In this document: piece after piece, positions 51,148-64,000 of the stretch
Numbering within the stretch: the first letter of the stretch is position 1
How the letters are laid out: each line of letters opens with the position of its first letter
From: Octopus bimaculoides
Lineage: Eukaryota
Direction: 5' to 3'
DNA: 64,000 nt
NCBI RefSeq assembly: GCF_001194135.2
Contig: NC_068989.1
Span: 80,848,630-80,912,629 of the forward strand
Notes under the pieces: generated by a model
Seen by the model: only the letters and a program-made list of their open reading frames with translations
Databases searched by the model: none
Told to the model about the DNA's origin: nothing
Made by a program: the position numbers and the translations under genes

Positions 51148-51974
51148 AACACACACATAGAAATAGATTTACAGACAAATATCTGCTGGGGATTAATGAA
51201 ATAAATAATTGTCAAATACTACAATCAATATAATAGACAAGCTCTACCTTATGCCAATGATCAAAATTCCAGTTATCAGTATCAGCACACATAAATAAAG
51301 ATAAGTCTAAATAAGAAGGCAATACACTTGATCCTAAAAAGGACTTCTGAGGCTGACAGGAGGGAATAAGGTACCCTCATACTAGAGACCTGACCTGAAT
51401 GCTTGCAACAGCATGGCTAAGGTACCAGGTGGGAATATTAAACAGAATGATCATAGTGGGATTTGAACTCAGAAAGCAGAGCTGCAACAAATATTGCAAG
51501 GCATCCAGTCCAATATTCTTACACTTCTGATGCACTGTCCTGGATTGGTACTCTTTTTTTATCCACAGAGAAAAAAAAAAATGAAAGGCAAAGTTTGACC
51601 TGAACAGGAATTGAACTCGGACCGAATACCACAAAGCATGCATTCTATCTGATGCTCTTAACAGTCCTGCTAGCTTGCCCTAAGGAATGGAAATGTGCAT
51701 CAGTGCAGTTCATGGTCAATTTAAATTGCTGCAGGTTCGCACTTGTGGGAGTAGCAGAACTAGATTACAAAAGGATACATTTCTAGAGAAGTAATGATGG
51801 ACAAAATGGTCACTACATTCTTGGAAAATTTAGGCAGCACGTGGGATAAGAGGAAGTTGGGTGCAGAGAGTGACCAAGAGTTATACATTGACAGGATTTT
51901 ATTATTGCTGATGGAGTTTATTTGTTAGTTCAGCCCCTAACCTGTCCTTTTAAAACAGCATTATGAACAAATGA

Positions 51975-52319
51975 GTGGAGGCACAATGGCCCAGTGGTTA
52001 GGGCAGCGGACTCACGGTCATAGGATCGCGGTTTCGATTCCCAGACCGGGTGTTGTGAGTGTTTATTGAGCGAAAACACCTAAAGCTCCACGAGGCTCCG
52101 GCAGGGGATGGTGGCGAACCCTGCTGTACTCTTTCACCACAACTTTCTCTCACTCTTTCTTCCTGTTTCTGTTGTGCCTGTAATTCAAAGGGTCAGCCTT
52201 GTTACACTGTGTCACACTGAATATCTCCGAGAACTACGTTAATTTCACGAGCAGGCTGTTCTGTTGATCGGATCAACTGGAACCCTCAACGTCGTAAGCG
52301 ACGGAGTGCCAACAACAAC
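51975..52319 (+). mobile_element. SINE family C with TSD
   Basis: TSD ATGAACAAATGA / ATGATCAAATGA. Small internal deletion. (CAA)3 tail. Confidence 0.9.
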
Positions 52320-53407
52320 ATGATCAAATGAATTCCAAATATGACCAATGTATCATATTTTCAGACCGAACTTCCCTTTTATCTGATGTGCCCTTCTATT
52401 TTTTCAAACAGATGTTTTGAGGGAAATTTGGTTGCTATTTCTAAGAAGTTGAGTCATTGTGTAGAAATTCCAATTTTTGGCTTTGTAGGCTTTTATCTAA
52501 ATGGAAATGGTAAAAGTGGATTCTGTCATGATCTTTAGAAAGATACTAGTGAGAAAGAGGGAGAGAGTCAGACAAACTCTCAACATGAACAATGTACAAT
52601 TTGGGTGGGAGAAACAGTTCAGCCATGATTTTATTGAAAGAATTACTCAAACTAGTTGACTTGAAATTCAATGAGTGTGTGTGTTTGTGTGCATGTTGTG
52701 GGAGGGTCGTTATGGCAATAACACATGCACTGGTCCAATAACACATGCACTGGTCCAATATCACTTCTTTATTGTTAGTCAACTGGTTAAATATCTAAGC
52801 AACTAACTAATCAATCATTTGCTTAATGTGATAATTGAATGATCAGTTGGTTGTTAGTTAGTCAAAGTTCTTTCGTCGCTAGTCACGACCTTCTCAGTGA
52901 CTTCCTTCTCTCTCCGAAGTCAAAGTAATATATATATATATCATCTGTATTTTTTAATGCAACAAAAAAGTATATTGTTACTAGTGGGTGGCATCTGCAA
53001 AAGATTTAATTTTTAAAGATCCTACACCTCTCTAACCGCCCAAAACAATTCTTAAAAAATAAATATGCTAACATTCCACATAGAGGAATTATGGTTAATG
53101 TAGATAAAGCAAGGAGCAGAAAGAAGAGACCCCAAATTGTGCGCAAGTAAAATATATATATATATATATACAAAAGTACACGTAACATAACAAGCATTTC
53201 TTTACGATATCAGCACAACTACAGCTGACTCAGTTTGTAAAAAGGTTATCTTATATATCAACACCAGAAAATCATGTAACATAAAGGACAACAACAACAA
53301 AATTTGATAACACAGAGCTTATATCTAATTTCAAAGACTTTGTAGTTTTCTTTTCCAGCGTTTATCGTGAGTTAGAATTCAGAAGACAAATTAAAAACAT
53401 TCACATT

Positions 53408-53511
53408 TTAAGAAATGTTAAAGGCAGGTCTGTGGGGTTGATACACAAAAGTCTTCAACTCTAGTTCCATCTCTGCAACTTTTGACTCGACAGCTCTGTT
53501 CAAAGAGTTAC
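53408..53511 (-). CDS. Candidate terminal exon, (G)NSLNRAVESKVAEMELELKTFVYQPHRPAFNIS*
   Basis: Acceptor-like tattgtcattgctgtAG and a protein-like open frame ending at TAA 53408-53410. The same site could instead be a donor (AG|GTAACT). Confidence 0.3.
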
Positions 53512-56500
53512 CTACAGCAATGACAATATCTCATGAGATGAACAAGAAGCATAGAGTGTAGTTAACCAGTTTCAGACAGAAGTCTTCAATCGGTGTTGTT
53601 GTAGTTGCTGGTGTTCAGCTTTACATATGCCTTGACAAAGTAAATTTATTATCTGAGGCATTCCATTCACAAGTGTCTAACATCTCCTTTCCTTATTTAA
53701 AACCTTTTCAATACCAATCTGCCTCAGACTACCCCTTGTCCCATGAATACCTGTTTTTAAATTATCTAAATTAAAAGCATCCATTAAAAGTTCAAGTTTA
53801 TTTATGTTCAAATACCAGCTTAATAATGACGAAGTTATTTCACTAAATTCTTCATTATTTTAAAAAATAAACTGAAACAAAGGCAAAGCATTTCAACAAA
53901 AATATGGTTGGTTATCTGGTTTCCATGGCATACAAGTGACCGAGGGTTTCAAGGGAGAGGACAAGTCAAATTCATCAATCCCACACTTGAGTGGTACTTT
54001 GTTTAATTGACCACCCAAAGGGATGAAAGTAAAAGTTGACCTCGGTGAGATTTGAACTCAGAATGTAAAGAGGTGGAAGAAATGCCACTAAGCATTCAAT
54101 GTGTTAAACAACTCTGCCAGTTCACCACTTTTAAAAATGTTTGGTCTTCTTCAAATCGGCATAAAAAATGCATATGTCTATTGGATTGGCAAAATAGCTA
54201 GGGTGTGGGACAAAATGCCTTGTGGTAGACTCCAGCCATGCCGGAGCACCATCTTCAAGAATTTTAGTCAAATGAATCAGTCCCGGTACTTATCTTTTAA
54301 GCCTGATACCTATTCTATCAGTATCCTTTATAGAACCACTAAGTTACAGGAGTATAAACACATTAATACCAGTCATCAAGAAGTGGGACACACACACACA
54401 CACAATCGGCTCCTTTCTGTTTCTAATTCACTCACCCAGGGTACCATGCAGTGGGAGTGAACCTGGAACCATGTGGTTGATGAGCAAATGTCTTACCACA
54501 AAGCCATGCCAGCACCTCTAAATACATTGCAAGTGAAGTCTCTTCCCCTGACAGCATTGATGTGACCCCAAATCCTCTGATGGAGAGGAATATATGAGAC
54601 AGACTTAACTTTTCATTAATCTGAAGTTTAATTAAACCAACAGCTTACTACAATGGGTGTTGAGTAAATGAACTGTAAGCCACCACCTCCCCCTTACAAA
54701 TAATAGTGTTGTACTCCACACTGGAAAGCTATGTCAATCAATATAACCCATATTGCAATAACAGTTCAGACTGATAGCAAAATAAATATCTATAAGCAAA
54801 ATAATAATAATAGTAATAATAATAATAAAACAAAATATTTAAGACAACAACAACGGCAAATATAATGCTTGTTAGTCATAGTCCAATCTCTGCCCCTCCC
54901 CTCTTTCTTCTTGCTTTCCTTCTGTTAAGCATTTGGTTACTTTGTGCTAACTCTACTAAATCAAACAAGAGAATCAGTTGTTTAACAATGGTGATGATGA
55001 TGATGATGGATGTGGTGGTGGTAATGATGATGATGTATGCCAAAATATTTGATTACGTAAATAATCATCATTATCATTATAGTCATGGCCACCATCACAA
55101 TTTGTCATTGTCACTACCATCATCATCATCATTAACACCACCATCACCAACATCATCATCATCCTCTTCTTCCTCCTCATCATCATCATTTTGCCAGTAG
55201 TCAAGTAAGAATCTGCAAGTACAAACTTCGTGTGCTTCTTGAAATATCTTAGAAAGAAAAGCAAACAATTTTAAAACTATGTTTACGTCACAGGAAGACA
55301 ATTTTACTTTATACTACTGAGGGCAATGAGAGAGGAAGGAAGAAATGAAGAGAGAGAGAGAGAGAGGCAGACACACAGACAGAGAACTTCCTTTTTCTCT
55401 ATTTTTAACCACTATTCACATCCAAAAACTTAAGATATTTACAGAAATATTTACAATACCAAAAACCTCCTCGTCTTGGTTGATATCATTTCCATTAGTT
55501 TGAGTTTCACATAAATAAACATAATCAATCCTTAGTTCTTGGTCTTTACTCTTTCTCTCCTCTCTCTCTCTCTTTATCCACCTTCTTGCATATTTAGGAT
55601 AAGCCCTGACACTTCAGTTCACCCATCCCTTCTCCCTTTCCTGCTGTGGTAGCTATGTATCTCCTCTATAGCAAGACACCTGTTCCTGACCCTCAAAATT
55701 TTGTCCTCTCAATACTTGGCACAAAGCCACCTCACTCAATATGTATCCCCTCTCTGTTTAAAAGAGTTGTCTTGCAAGTTACTTGGTACCACGAAAAATA
55801 ACCATCCAGTATACTCTGTAAAGTGGTTGTCCTTAGGAAGGGAATACTACCATGGAAACTTTGTCAAAGCAAACACTGAAATCCAACACATCCCTCTGGC
55901 TTGTTGGATCTTGGTGAACCACACCAGCATGGAAGACAGACATAAAATAATGATGACAATGTACAGTCTTCTTAATAATAATAATAATAATAATAATTGA
56001 TTCTGGTTCTATTGGCCACAAGGGCTAATATAAATTAAACACATGTAAGGACAAAGACAGGACGAAGGTTACAAAGGGTTTTGTCCGAAAAGAAAACGTT
56101 CATGTAAACAATGGAAAAACAGAGAAAGGTTTTTTTTTTTTTTTGCCCAAAGTGTTGTGAAGCAATATTGATTTTGAAACTACAGAGTTTCTTCTTAACT
56201 AACCACACCCACACATGTACAGCTGATTGTCTTTTCTTTGCACAGTAGTAAAAAGTCAGATTCCAAGGGTTTTCATTCAAAGACCAGACTGGTCTGGCAT
56301 CAATACGGGGACTCAGATATACAAACACATACATTCATATATACACGTTTCATAGGTAGTTTGTCAGCTTTTACTTTAGTTGCTATTCTTCTTACAGCCA
56401 GTTTAGAACACACACACACACACACACATTCGAGGAGGAGAAGAGGAGGACTAAAAACTGCTGCTGCTGCTGAACTCAATGAAGAAGACCTCTGCAAATA

Positions 56501-57598
56501 ATCCAAACTTCATGTGTCTGTCTGTGTGTCACAACCAACAATCAGACATAGCTCTGACAGCATGTTCTTACTTACTTAAGTATTTACTACTACTACTGTT
56601 ACTACTACAAATTCTTGTAACTACGTAATTAAATTCATTATGGAGAGAAGGAAGTAGCCTAACTGAGACTACTCAGAAAAGGACTGAAAGTGAAATTAAG
56701 TCATAGGAATATAGACCAAGTGTTTGCCGGTTCAAACCTTACTCCTGGAACTAGTACCACCTTGGATAGCAATTATTGCCTTACGTTACTCAATATTTTG
56801 TGCATGGAATTTGGTAGGTGTGCAGTCACATACACACACACACACATATATATATATGACAGGCTTCTTACTGCTATGACCGTCCCAGGTTTAACCCTGG
56901 GTACAGTGCACCCTGGGCCAATATGTCATACTTTTCTAATTCAGCAGGTTATGTAATTTGAGGAAGAATTAGCTGCTATTTCTAACAGTTCAAGTGTCTA
57001 CAAAGGGGATCTCTCATTTACTACATTTCCATTTTGTTAAGACAACAGGGTGCTCAAATTGACAAAACACCAACTCAAGTATAATTTATCAACTTGGGTT
57101 TGGTAAGATAATATACTAAGAGGAAAACAATAAAATCTTTCATCAGAGAAGCAAAGTACTGCATAGTAGTAATTCCATCAACAAACCAAGCGATCCACTA
57201 ACTACTTGATCTAGTCAACCTGCAGCTATTATACATACCCGAAATCTATGAAGCATGTTAATTATCTATCTAAGAAGCATGTGTCTTCTTTTTATAGAAG
57301 CAACAATCACTCGAATAACAGCAGAGTATCAATGCAACTGAGTTTGTTGGTTCATTTTACATCTATTTTTTACCAAACAAGTACGGGTTACACAAATATC
57401 TATTGTCGAGGCATTGTTTACAGCTAGATGCCTTTCCTGTCATTAACCCTTAACCTGTTTTTCAAGTGAGGAGAATTTTCATTCCTCCTGTTTTTGTTAA
57501 GCACAGAATTATCAATTTTTTATACAAGCTTAGAATGTAACTTTTCACACAGACACACATCATCAGATATAGGTTTCCAATGTTAGTATGGGTAGACT

Positions 57599-57978
57599 GG
57601 AGGCACAATGGCCCTGTGGTTAGGAGCAGCGGAGTCGCGGTCATAAGATCGCGGTTTCGATTCCCAGACCGAGCGTTGTGAGTGTTTATTGAGCGAAAAC
57701 ACCTAAAGCTCCACGAGGCTCCGGCAGGGGATGGTAGCGAACCCTGCTGTACTCTTCCACCACAACTTTTTCTCACTCTTACTTCTTGTTTCTGTTGTGC
57801 CTGTAATTCAAAGGGTCAGCCTTGTCACACTGTGTCACGCTGAATATTCCCGAGAACTACATTAAGGGTACACGTGTCTGTGGAGTGCTCAGCCACTTGC
57901 ACGTTAATTTCACGAGAAGGCTGTTCCGTTGATGGGATCAACTGGAACCCTCGACATCGTAAGCGATGGAGTGCCAAC
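57599..57978 (+). mobile_element. SINE family C with TSD
   Basis: TSD ATGGGTAGACT at 57588-57598 and 57979-57989. Confidence 0.92.
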
Positions 57979-60911
57979 ATGGGTAGACTGGTTAGACAGG
58001 GCCCAACAAGCTGGAGGACCACATTTTGCTCCAAAGTGTCATGTTTGGCATGGTTTTTGTTTTTTTATAGCTGGATATCCTTTCTGATACCAACCACTTT
58101 ACAGAGTATACTGATTGTATTTTTTCCGTGGATCTAGGCCTTGTGATCAGCAAAATTAAAGAGCCTTCTCAAGCCATGCCATGCCAGATCAATTACCAGT
58201 CACTTACAAAAGGTACTTGGTGCTTTTTGTGACACCAGCATTGTTGGGGTTGCCTTGAAGTTTGCAAAGCAAAAAAAGATCCACAATGACAGAAGGAACA
58301 AATTTATTGTTAGAGGATGATAATGGGGAGAATAATAGTGGGAACATTGTTGGGGTAGGAGTAAAGAAGAGGGAGGTGATACGAAAGGGGAAGAGCAATG
58401 TCATGGGTAAGTGTGAAGGAGGAGGGAATGGATAAGCCTTCTTTCAGTTTCCACCAACCAAATTCACTCATAAGACATTGGTCAGCGTACGGCTTTAGCA
58501 GAAGACACTTGCTTAAAGTGCTGTGCAGTGGCATTGAACCTGAAACCACATAATTGCAAAACAAATAGCCTAATCACATAGCTATGTCTACACCTGAGCA
58601 TTCAGAATTATTCTCAATAGCATGCTAGTTAACAAACATCTAAGAAAATGTATAAGGCAGCTAACAACAGATATATAGTCAAATGCACTGCTATTTCAGA
58701 CAGTTATGTGACTTTGGTTTGTCAAAAGAATTTTAAACAAAAATCAGTTCTTAATTAAACATAATCCATCATTTTACCATTTACTTTCCATGCTTGCATA
58801 TAAGTCAGACAAAATTCATTGATGCATATTTTCTATGGCCAGATACTCTCTATGTCACCAACCCTCATTTGTTTCCTCTAGACCTTTGAAAATGAACAGT
58901 TCATTGATGGGACATGTCTACAAACAACACTCAAGCACAAATACACACACACACATGCACATGTATATATCAAATACATACATAGACATATATACACATT
59001 CATACAAACACATTTACAAGAAGCCTTCTTACAGTTTCCACCTACCAAATTCAAATACAAAGCACTGGTTTGCCTAGGGTTATAGAAGACACTTGCCCAA
59101 AGTACCTCACGGTGGAACTGAACCTGAAACTATGCAGTTGTGAAGCAAACCTCTTAACCATCCAACCATGCCAGTTCCTATCAGTTTTCAATGATGTAGG
59201 ATACAATATTAATTTTTTTTCCTCTAGAAAAGTTATAATCAGAAATAACAACTCCATAAATCAATTTTTAATTTTATCTAAGTTCGTTAATAAAAGTACA
59301 TATACATTATCTATTTCTAACAATCAATCAATATTATATTCGTTATCGTAGATTACGAGTAACACATTTAATCTGACACATGGCTGAGTGATTAGGAAGT
59401 CTGCTTTCGAACAGCATGGTGCTGGGTTCAATCCTACTGTACAACACTTTGAGCAAATGTCTTCTATTATAGTCCCAAACTGACAAATGCTTTGTGAGTG
59501 ACTTTGGTAGAAACTGTACAAAGCCTACTGTGTGTGTGGGTGTGAGAGAGTATTAAAATTCTGTGCATTTCTGTAAAATCCCTGGACAGTAGGCAGTGGT
59601 GTTTGTCGACATTTCCCTGTCAACCAATCACCCAGTGGCTGTGTGCCTTCAAAGACAAGCAGAACAAGTTCTCCCTTATTTGAAGTACAGGTAAGGGTTA
59701 GTGACAAGAAGGGAATCTATCTATAAAAAAAAAATGCCTCGATAATATGTATTTGTGTGACCCATGCCAGCATGGAACAACAGATATGAAACAAAACCAG
59801 CTCTAACTGCTATCACTTGTCCACTCTGTTACAAGCATTCAAAGGACCAAATCCCTCATTAGAGAATACCTTGGTATTTTGATGTGTCACTTCCTAGTGT
59901 TTGTTTTGTTCTAAAAAAAACTACATACAGTTTGGCTATCTAATTATTTCTAATTATGCAACAAGAAGTCTGGTGCAGGCTTTGGCCTAGCTTGCTCTTA
60001 TGAAACCATCCCACCAATGCTAGCATGGAAGGCAGACGTTAAACAATGACGATGATAAGACAACATTAGTTTAATGATTGCTAACATTTTAATCAGTTTT
60101 GCATGCAAAAGGCACTCAAGTAATGTTCCAGTCTTGTTAGACCTCTTCCGCACAATAGTAAAGCTCACTGTACATGTCAAAGGAGTGATGAGAGAATTAC
60201 TAAGTAGATATGCCATGAATAAGCAACAAAGATTAGCATGTTTAATTGCAATTATTTGTTTCATAATAAAGATTTGGAAAATTTTAATAAAAACAAAAGT
60301 AAGCATAACTAAGTGTTTACATTTGTTTTCTTAATGTACAGGGTGCTAGCCTAAGATTTGAACTCACAAACTTTTATCCCACACGGGATTTCCATGAGCA
60401 AAGTTCTCAAAAATAGCTTTCTGTGATGAGTAACATAATAACCTAGTCTTGATTACACTGAAATATAGTCATTACACAGATGAAATAACATCCAATGAGT
60501 AAGTCAAAGAGGCAGCTTCTATGTGATTGCTCAACATACTAGAAATAGCAGTTGAATCAAATTCAAATTATCTTTTAAAACAAAAGAAATACATTGGATA
60601 ATGTGACCCTAGGTTCTCAACACAAAGGAAAAGAACAGGATGAACATGTTTGGAATATCTTTGATCATAGGTCCGCTCAACCCAACAGTGCAACATTTAG
60701 GGAAAAATATCTTCTCCCTTGGGTCAGCTAATGCCTTGTGACTGAATTTGGTGAACAGAAACTGTGTAGAAGCCCATGACGTGTGTGTGTCCCCCACTCA
60801 ACTCACTGTTTATGTCCTTGTATGTAAATGGTTTGGTAAAAAAGACCAACAGAATTAAATAAGTACCAGACTTTAAAATCTAAGTAATGGAGTCGATCCG
60901 TTTAACTAAAC

Positions 60912-61438
60912 CAGGGGTGGGGAAACTCCCGCCCATGGGCGCAATTGCGCCCAGGAACCCATTTTATTGCACCCGCAGGCTGCTAAACTCATATGTACAA
61001 AATATAGTTAATTTTTCAATTACAAAATTTACACAATGCTCTCATTCCCATTTGCGACATAGGACGCGTTTAGACTACAACTTAAAATGGTTAGACTCGA
61101 CCAGAAATCGTCCGGCAAATTGTCATTTGACTGAAAATTTTGTCATCACTATAAAATACGTATTGCTATGTTTGTACCGCTCCCTTGAGACCCAACTACA
61201 CTAGCTGAAAAATATAGTATTAATCATAAGTAATATAAACGTCCTAAATTCAGTGGTGGCGTTAATGATGTTACATGTTAATTTAATGAGTTAAACTCAC
61301 TTTTATTAATGTATATAGAATTATACATAGATATATACAAGATTTACACAGATTATGAGTGTTAGAACTTGTGATCGCCTGTGGACCTTTCTCTTTGGAA
61401 ATTTTTTCCCGCCGCACTAAAAAGTTTCTCCACCCCTG
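60912..61438. mobile_element. hAT-type MITE, 527 bp, nested in a family-B SINE tail
   Basis: TIRs CAGGGGTGGGGAAACT / AGTTTCTCCACCCCTG (15/16). 8-bp TSD AACTAAAC / AACTAAGC with one mismatch. The SINE sequence resumes after the insertion. Confidence 0.9.
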
Positions 61439-61543
61439 AACTAAGCCCTTCAAGGTGATACCCTAGCATAGTCGCAGTCCAAAGGCTGAAACAAGTAAAG
61501 CATAAAAGAATATATATCTGTATCTATATATGCACACACAATA

Positions 61544-61850
61544 GCTCTGTTGGTTACAACGATGAGTGCCTGTTGATCCGATCAACAGAACAGCCTGCTT
61601 GTGAAATTAACGTGCATGTGGCTGAGAACTTCACAGACATGTGTACCCTTAATGTTGTTCTCAGAGAGATTCAGCGTGATACAGGGTGTGAGAAAGCTGA
61701 CCATTTGAAATACAGGTACCACTCATTTTTGCCAGCTGAGTGGACTGGAGCAACACGAGTCTTGCTCAAGGACACAATGCATCACCAGAAATTGAACTCA
61801 TGAGCTTACGATCATGAGCTGAATTCTCTAACCACTGAGCCCTGTGTCTT
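61544..61850 (-). mobile_element. SINE family D (different tRNA head and central domain, family-C 3' tail)
   Basis: Shares the gtgtctgt..cagccac.tgcacgttaatttcac..gatcggatcaac tail with family C. Related older copies at about 49620-49940 (+) and 15645-15780 (-). Confidence 0.7.
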
Positions 61851-62649
61851 CATAATCATCATCATCATCATCGTCGTTTAATGTCTGCTTTCCATGCTGG
61901 CATGGGTTGGATGGTCTGACTGAGGACTGGCAAGCCAGGAAGCTGCACCAGGCTCCAATCTGTTCTAGCAAGGTTTCTACAGCTGGATGCCCTTCCTAAC
62001 GCCAACCACTCCTAGAGCGTAGTGGATGCTTTTTTACATGCCACTGGCACGGGGGCCAGTCAGGCGGCACTGGCATCGACCACGCTCAAATGGTGCTTTT
62101 TATGTGCCACCAGCCTTCACTAATATATATTTATATAACCATTCCAAGTCAGACAGTGGAGCTTAGTGCAGTCCTCTGGCTTGCCAGCTCCTGTCAAAAA
62201 ATCCAACCAAGCCAACATGAAAGACAGATGTTAAATGATGATGATGATGATGATATATGCTATTTTAGTCCACATTAGAAAACTTAGTATCTCTATGCTA
62301 TCCACCCCCACCGCTATATTCTAAGAAGCTACACCATCTGATAACTATAACTCTTAGCTACCTTTCATAGGCCATGTAATCTGAATTACAATATCTACTC
62401 AAGCTGCCATCTTAAATATCCCATGTTTGCTTCATTGCTGCCCTTGTAATGTGCCTGCCTCTGTCTGTCTGTCTGTGTGTCTCTCTCTCTCTCTCCTTCA
62501 CTCTATCACACTGTCTGCTATATAAAGCGAACATGACAGGCAGTAATATGTAGAACACAGTCAAAATATGTGTCAAATGGAATTTATTTGGCTTTGTTTT
62601 ATTGCTCATACAATAATCAATTTTATGCGTGTGTGTGTGTGTGTATGTG

Positions 62650-62683
<34 letters not shown>

Positions 62684-62919
62684 TATATATATAAATATAT
62701 ATATATGTATATTATAATTGATTATTTTATATATGAAGCTTTTACAAGAGAGGTGAAAGTGACTTCAAAGTTTCAGCATGCTAACTTCTGTCAGACAGTT
62801 GAACGAAGTCTAGCAGACTGAAAGTGTCACCCTCTTCTTGTAAAAAAGTTTAATAAACATGTACTCTGCTAAAATGTATTGAGTAATTCTACAGCTTTAA
62901 TGTTAAACTTTTTTATATA

Positions 62920-63432
62920 CATACAAGCATGCACACACCACCACCACCACCACCACCACCCTCAGTCCAATGTTTATATCCCCCCCTCTCTCTCCTTAAC
63001 TCTGCAATGTTGTTGCAACTACACTAGCATACATGTCACACTCGCACAGATAAATACCAAAGGCATACGTGTACACACACTCACACACCACATCAAAATG
63101 TGCATGCATGTATATTCTTCCAGGTAAACATGCATAGACTCATATGCTTATATACAAATACAAGAATGTACATACTTATGCGCATGCACAGAATACATGC
63201 ATCCCAAAACACATTCGTGCATGCACATATATATACAATAGGTGCTAACACACACATATACAGAAGGCACTGATATGCGCACGCACGCACATATTCACAC
63301 ACACACACACACACACACAAGTAAACATAAGGTACAAATAGGCACATGCACACGCACACACACACTTATACAACCAAAAACACTCACATCCACACTCATA
63401 CATCTGGTACACACACACACACACACACACCA
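62920..63432. repeat. Degenerate CA-rich low-complexity tract
   Basis: Mosaic of (CA)n, (CATA)n and (CAC)n. Confidence 0.85.
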
Positions 63433-63725
63433 GCCTTGCTTTTCTCGGCTTCCAATTCCTTTCAAAAGCCCGCCAGGCACCAGCTTCCTCTCCAGCCATG
63501 TGGTTCCAAGAAATTCTCCTTTTTAATGCATCTGGTGGTGCTGAAATACTGGCCTCCACTTCTAACAATACTCTGTGATTCGTCTTGACTAATAGCAACC
63601 CATTTCTAGTAGCTATCTTGGACTTCCTGTACTTCGCCATTTGTTAATCTGAGCCTAAATGAGCTAGGTTCCTCCAAGAAGCTTGTGAAACTTTAAGTTG
63701 TAAGGAGCTAATTCAAACTGTATTA

Positions 63726-63754
<29 letters not shown>

Positions 63755-63756
<2 letters not shown>

Positions 63757-63970
63757 CTTTCTACTATAGGCACAAGGCCTGAAATTTGGGAGGAGTGGGC
63801 TAGTCGATTTCATTGACTACAATGTGTAACTGGTACTTACTTAACCGCCCTCGAAAGGATGAAAGGTAAAGTCGACCCTGGCGACATTTGAACTCAGAAC
63901 ATACAGACGGACAAAATGCCACTAAGCATTTTGCCTGGCATGCTAATGATTCTGCCAGCTCACCACTTTA
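63755..63970 (-). mobile_element. Family-A SINE flanked by (TAA)n
   Basis: Full body between two (TAA)n tracts. Confidence 0.8.
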
Positions 63971-64000
63971 ATAATAATAATAATACTCATAATAATAATA

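Noticed and set aside
51975-52050. tRNA-like sequences at SINE heads (also 42611-42690, 57599-57670)
   Set aside because: They have A/B-box-like motifs but are fused to SINE bodies with TSDs and lack a proper cloverleaf acceptor stem, so they are not tRNA genes.
52716-52760. 20-bp tandem duplication caataacacatgcactggtc
   Set aside because: Simple local slippage. Only two units and no spacers, so not CRISPR-like.

Overview
AT-rich, microsatellite- and SINE-dense eukaryotic scaffold with six N gaps. The repeat families suggest an octopus/cephalopod genome (inference, no database search). Best-supported gene: a minus-strand gene with two coding exons (50863-50238 and 22717-22543) joined by a 27.5-kb phase-2 intron, encoding an uncharacterised 266-aa protein built from about six degenerate repeats. 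A probable terminal exon of a convergent plus-strand gene lies at 4027-4137, and there are a few weaker orphan exon candidates. The rest is mobile DNA: at least four modular tRNA-headed SINE types, a CRE-like and an R4/Dong-like RLE retrotransposon relic, a Tigger/pogo-like relic, three hAT-type MITEs with 8-bp TSDs, a 284-bp fold-back element, a Penelope-like fragment with a degenerate hammerhead ribozyme and a Helentron-associated (HINE)-like piece. Most ORFs in the supplied track are artefacts of gaps, microsatellites or SINEs. No rRNA, genuine tRNA gene or CRISPR array was seen. SINE and relic boundaries are approximate unless TSDs are given.
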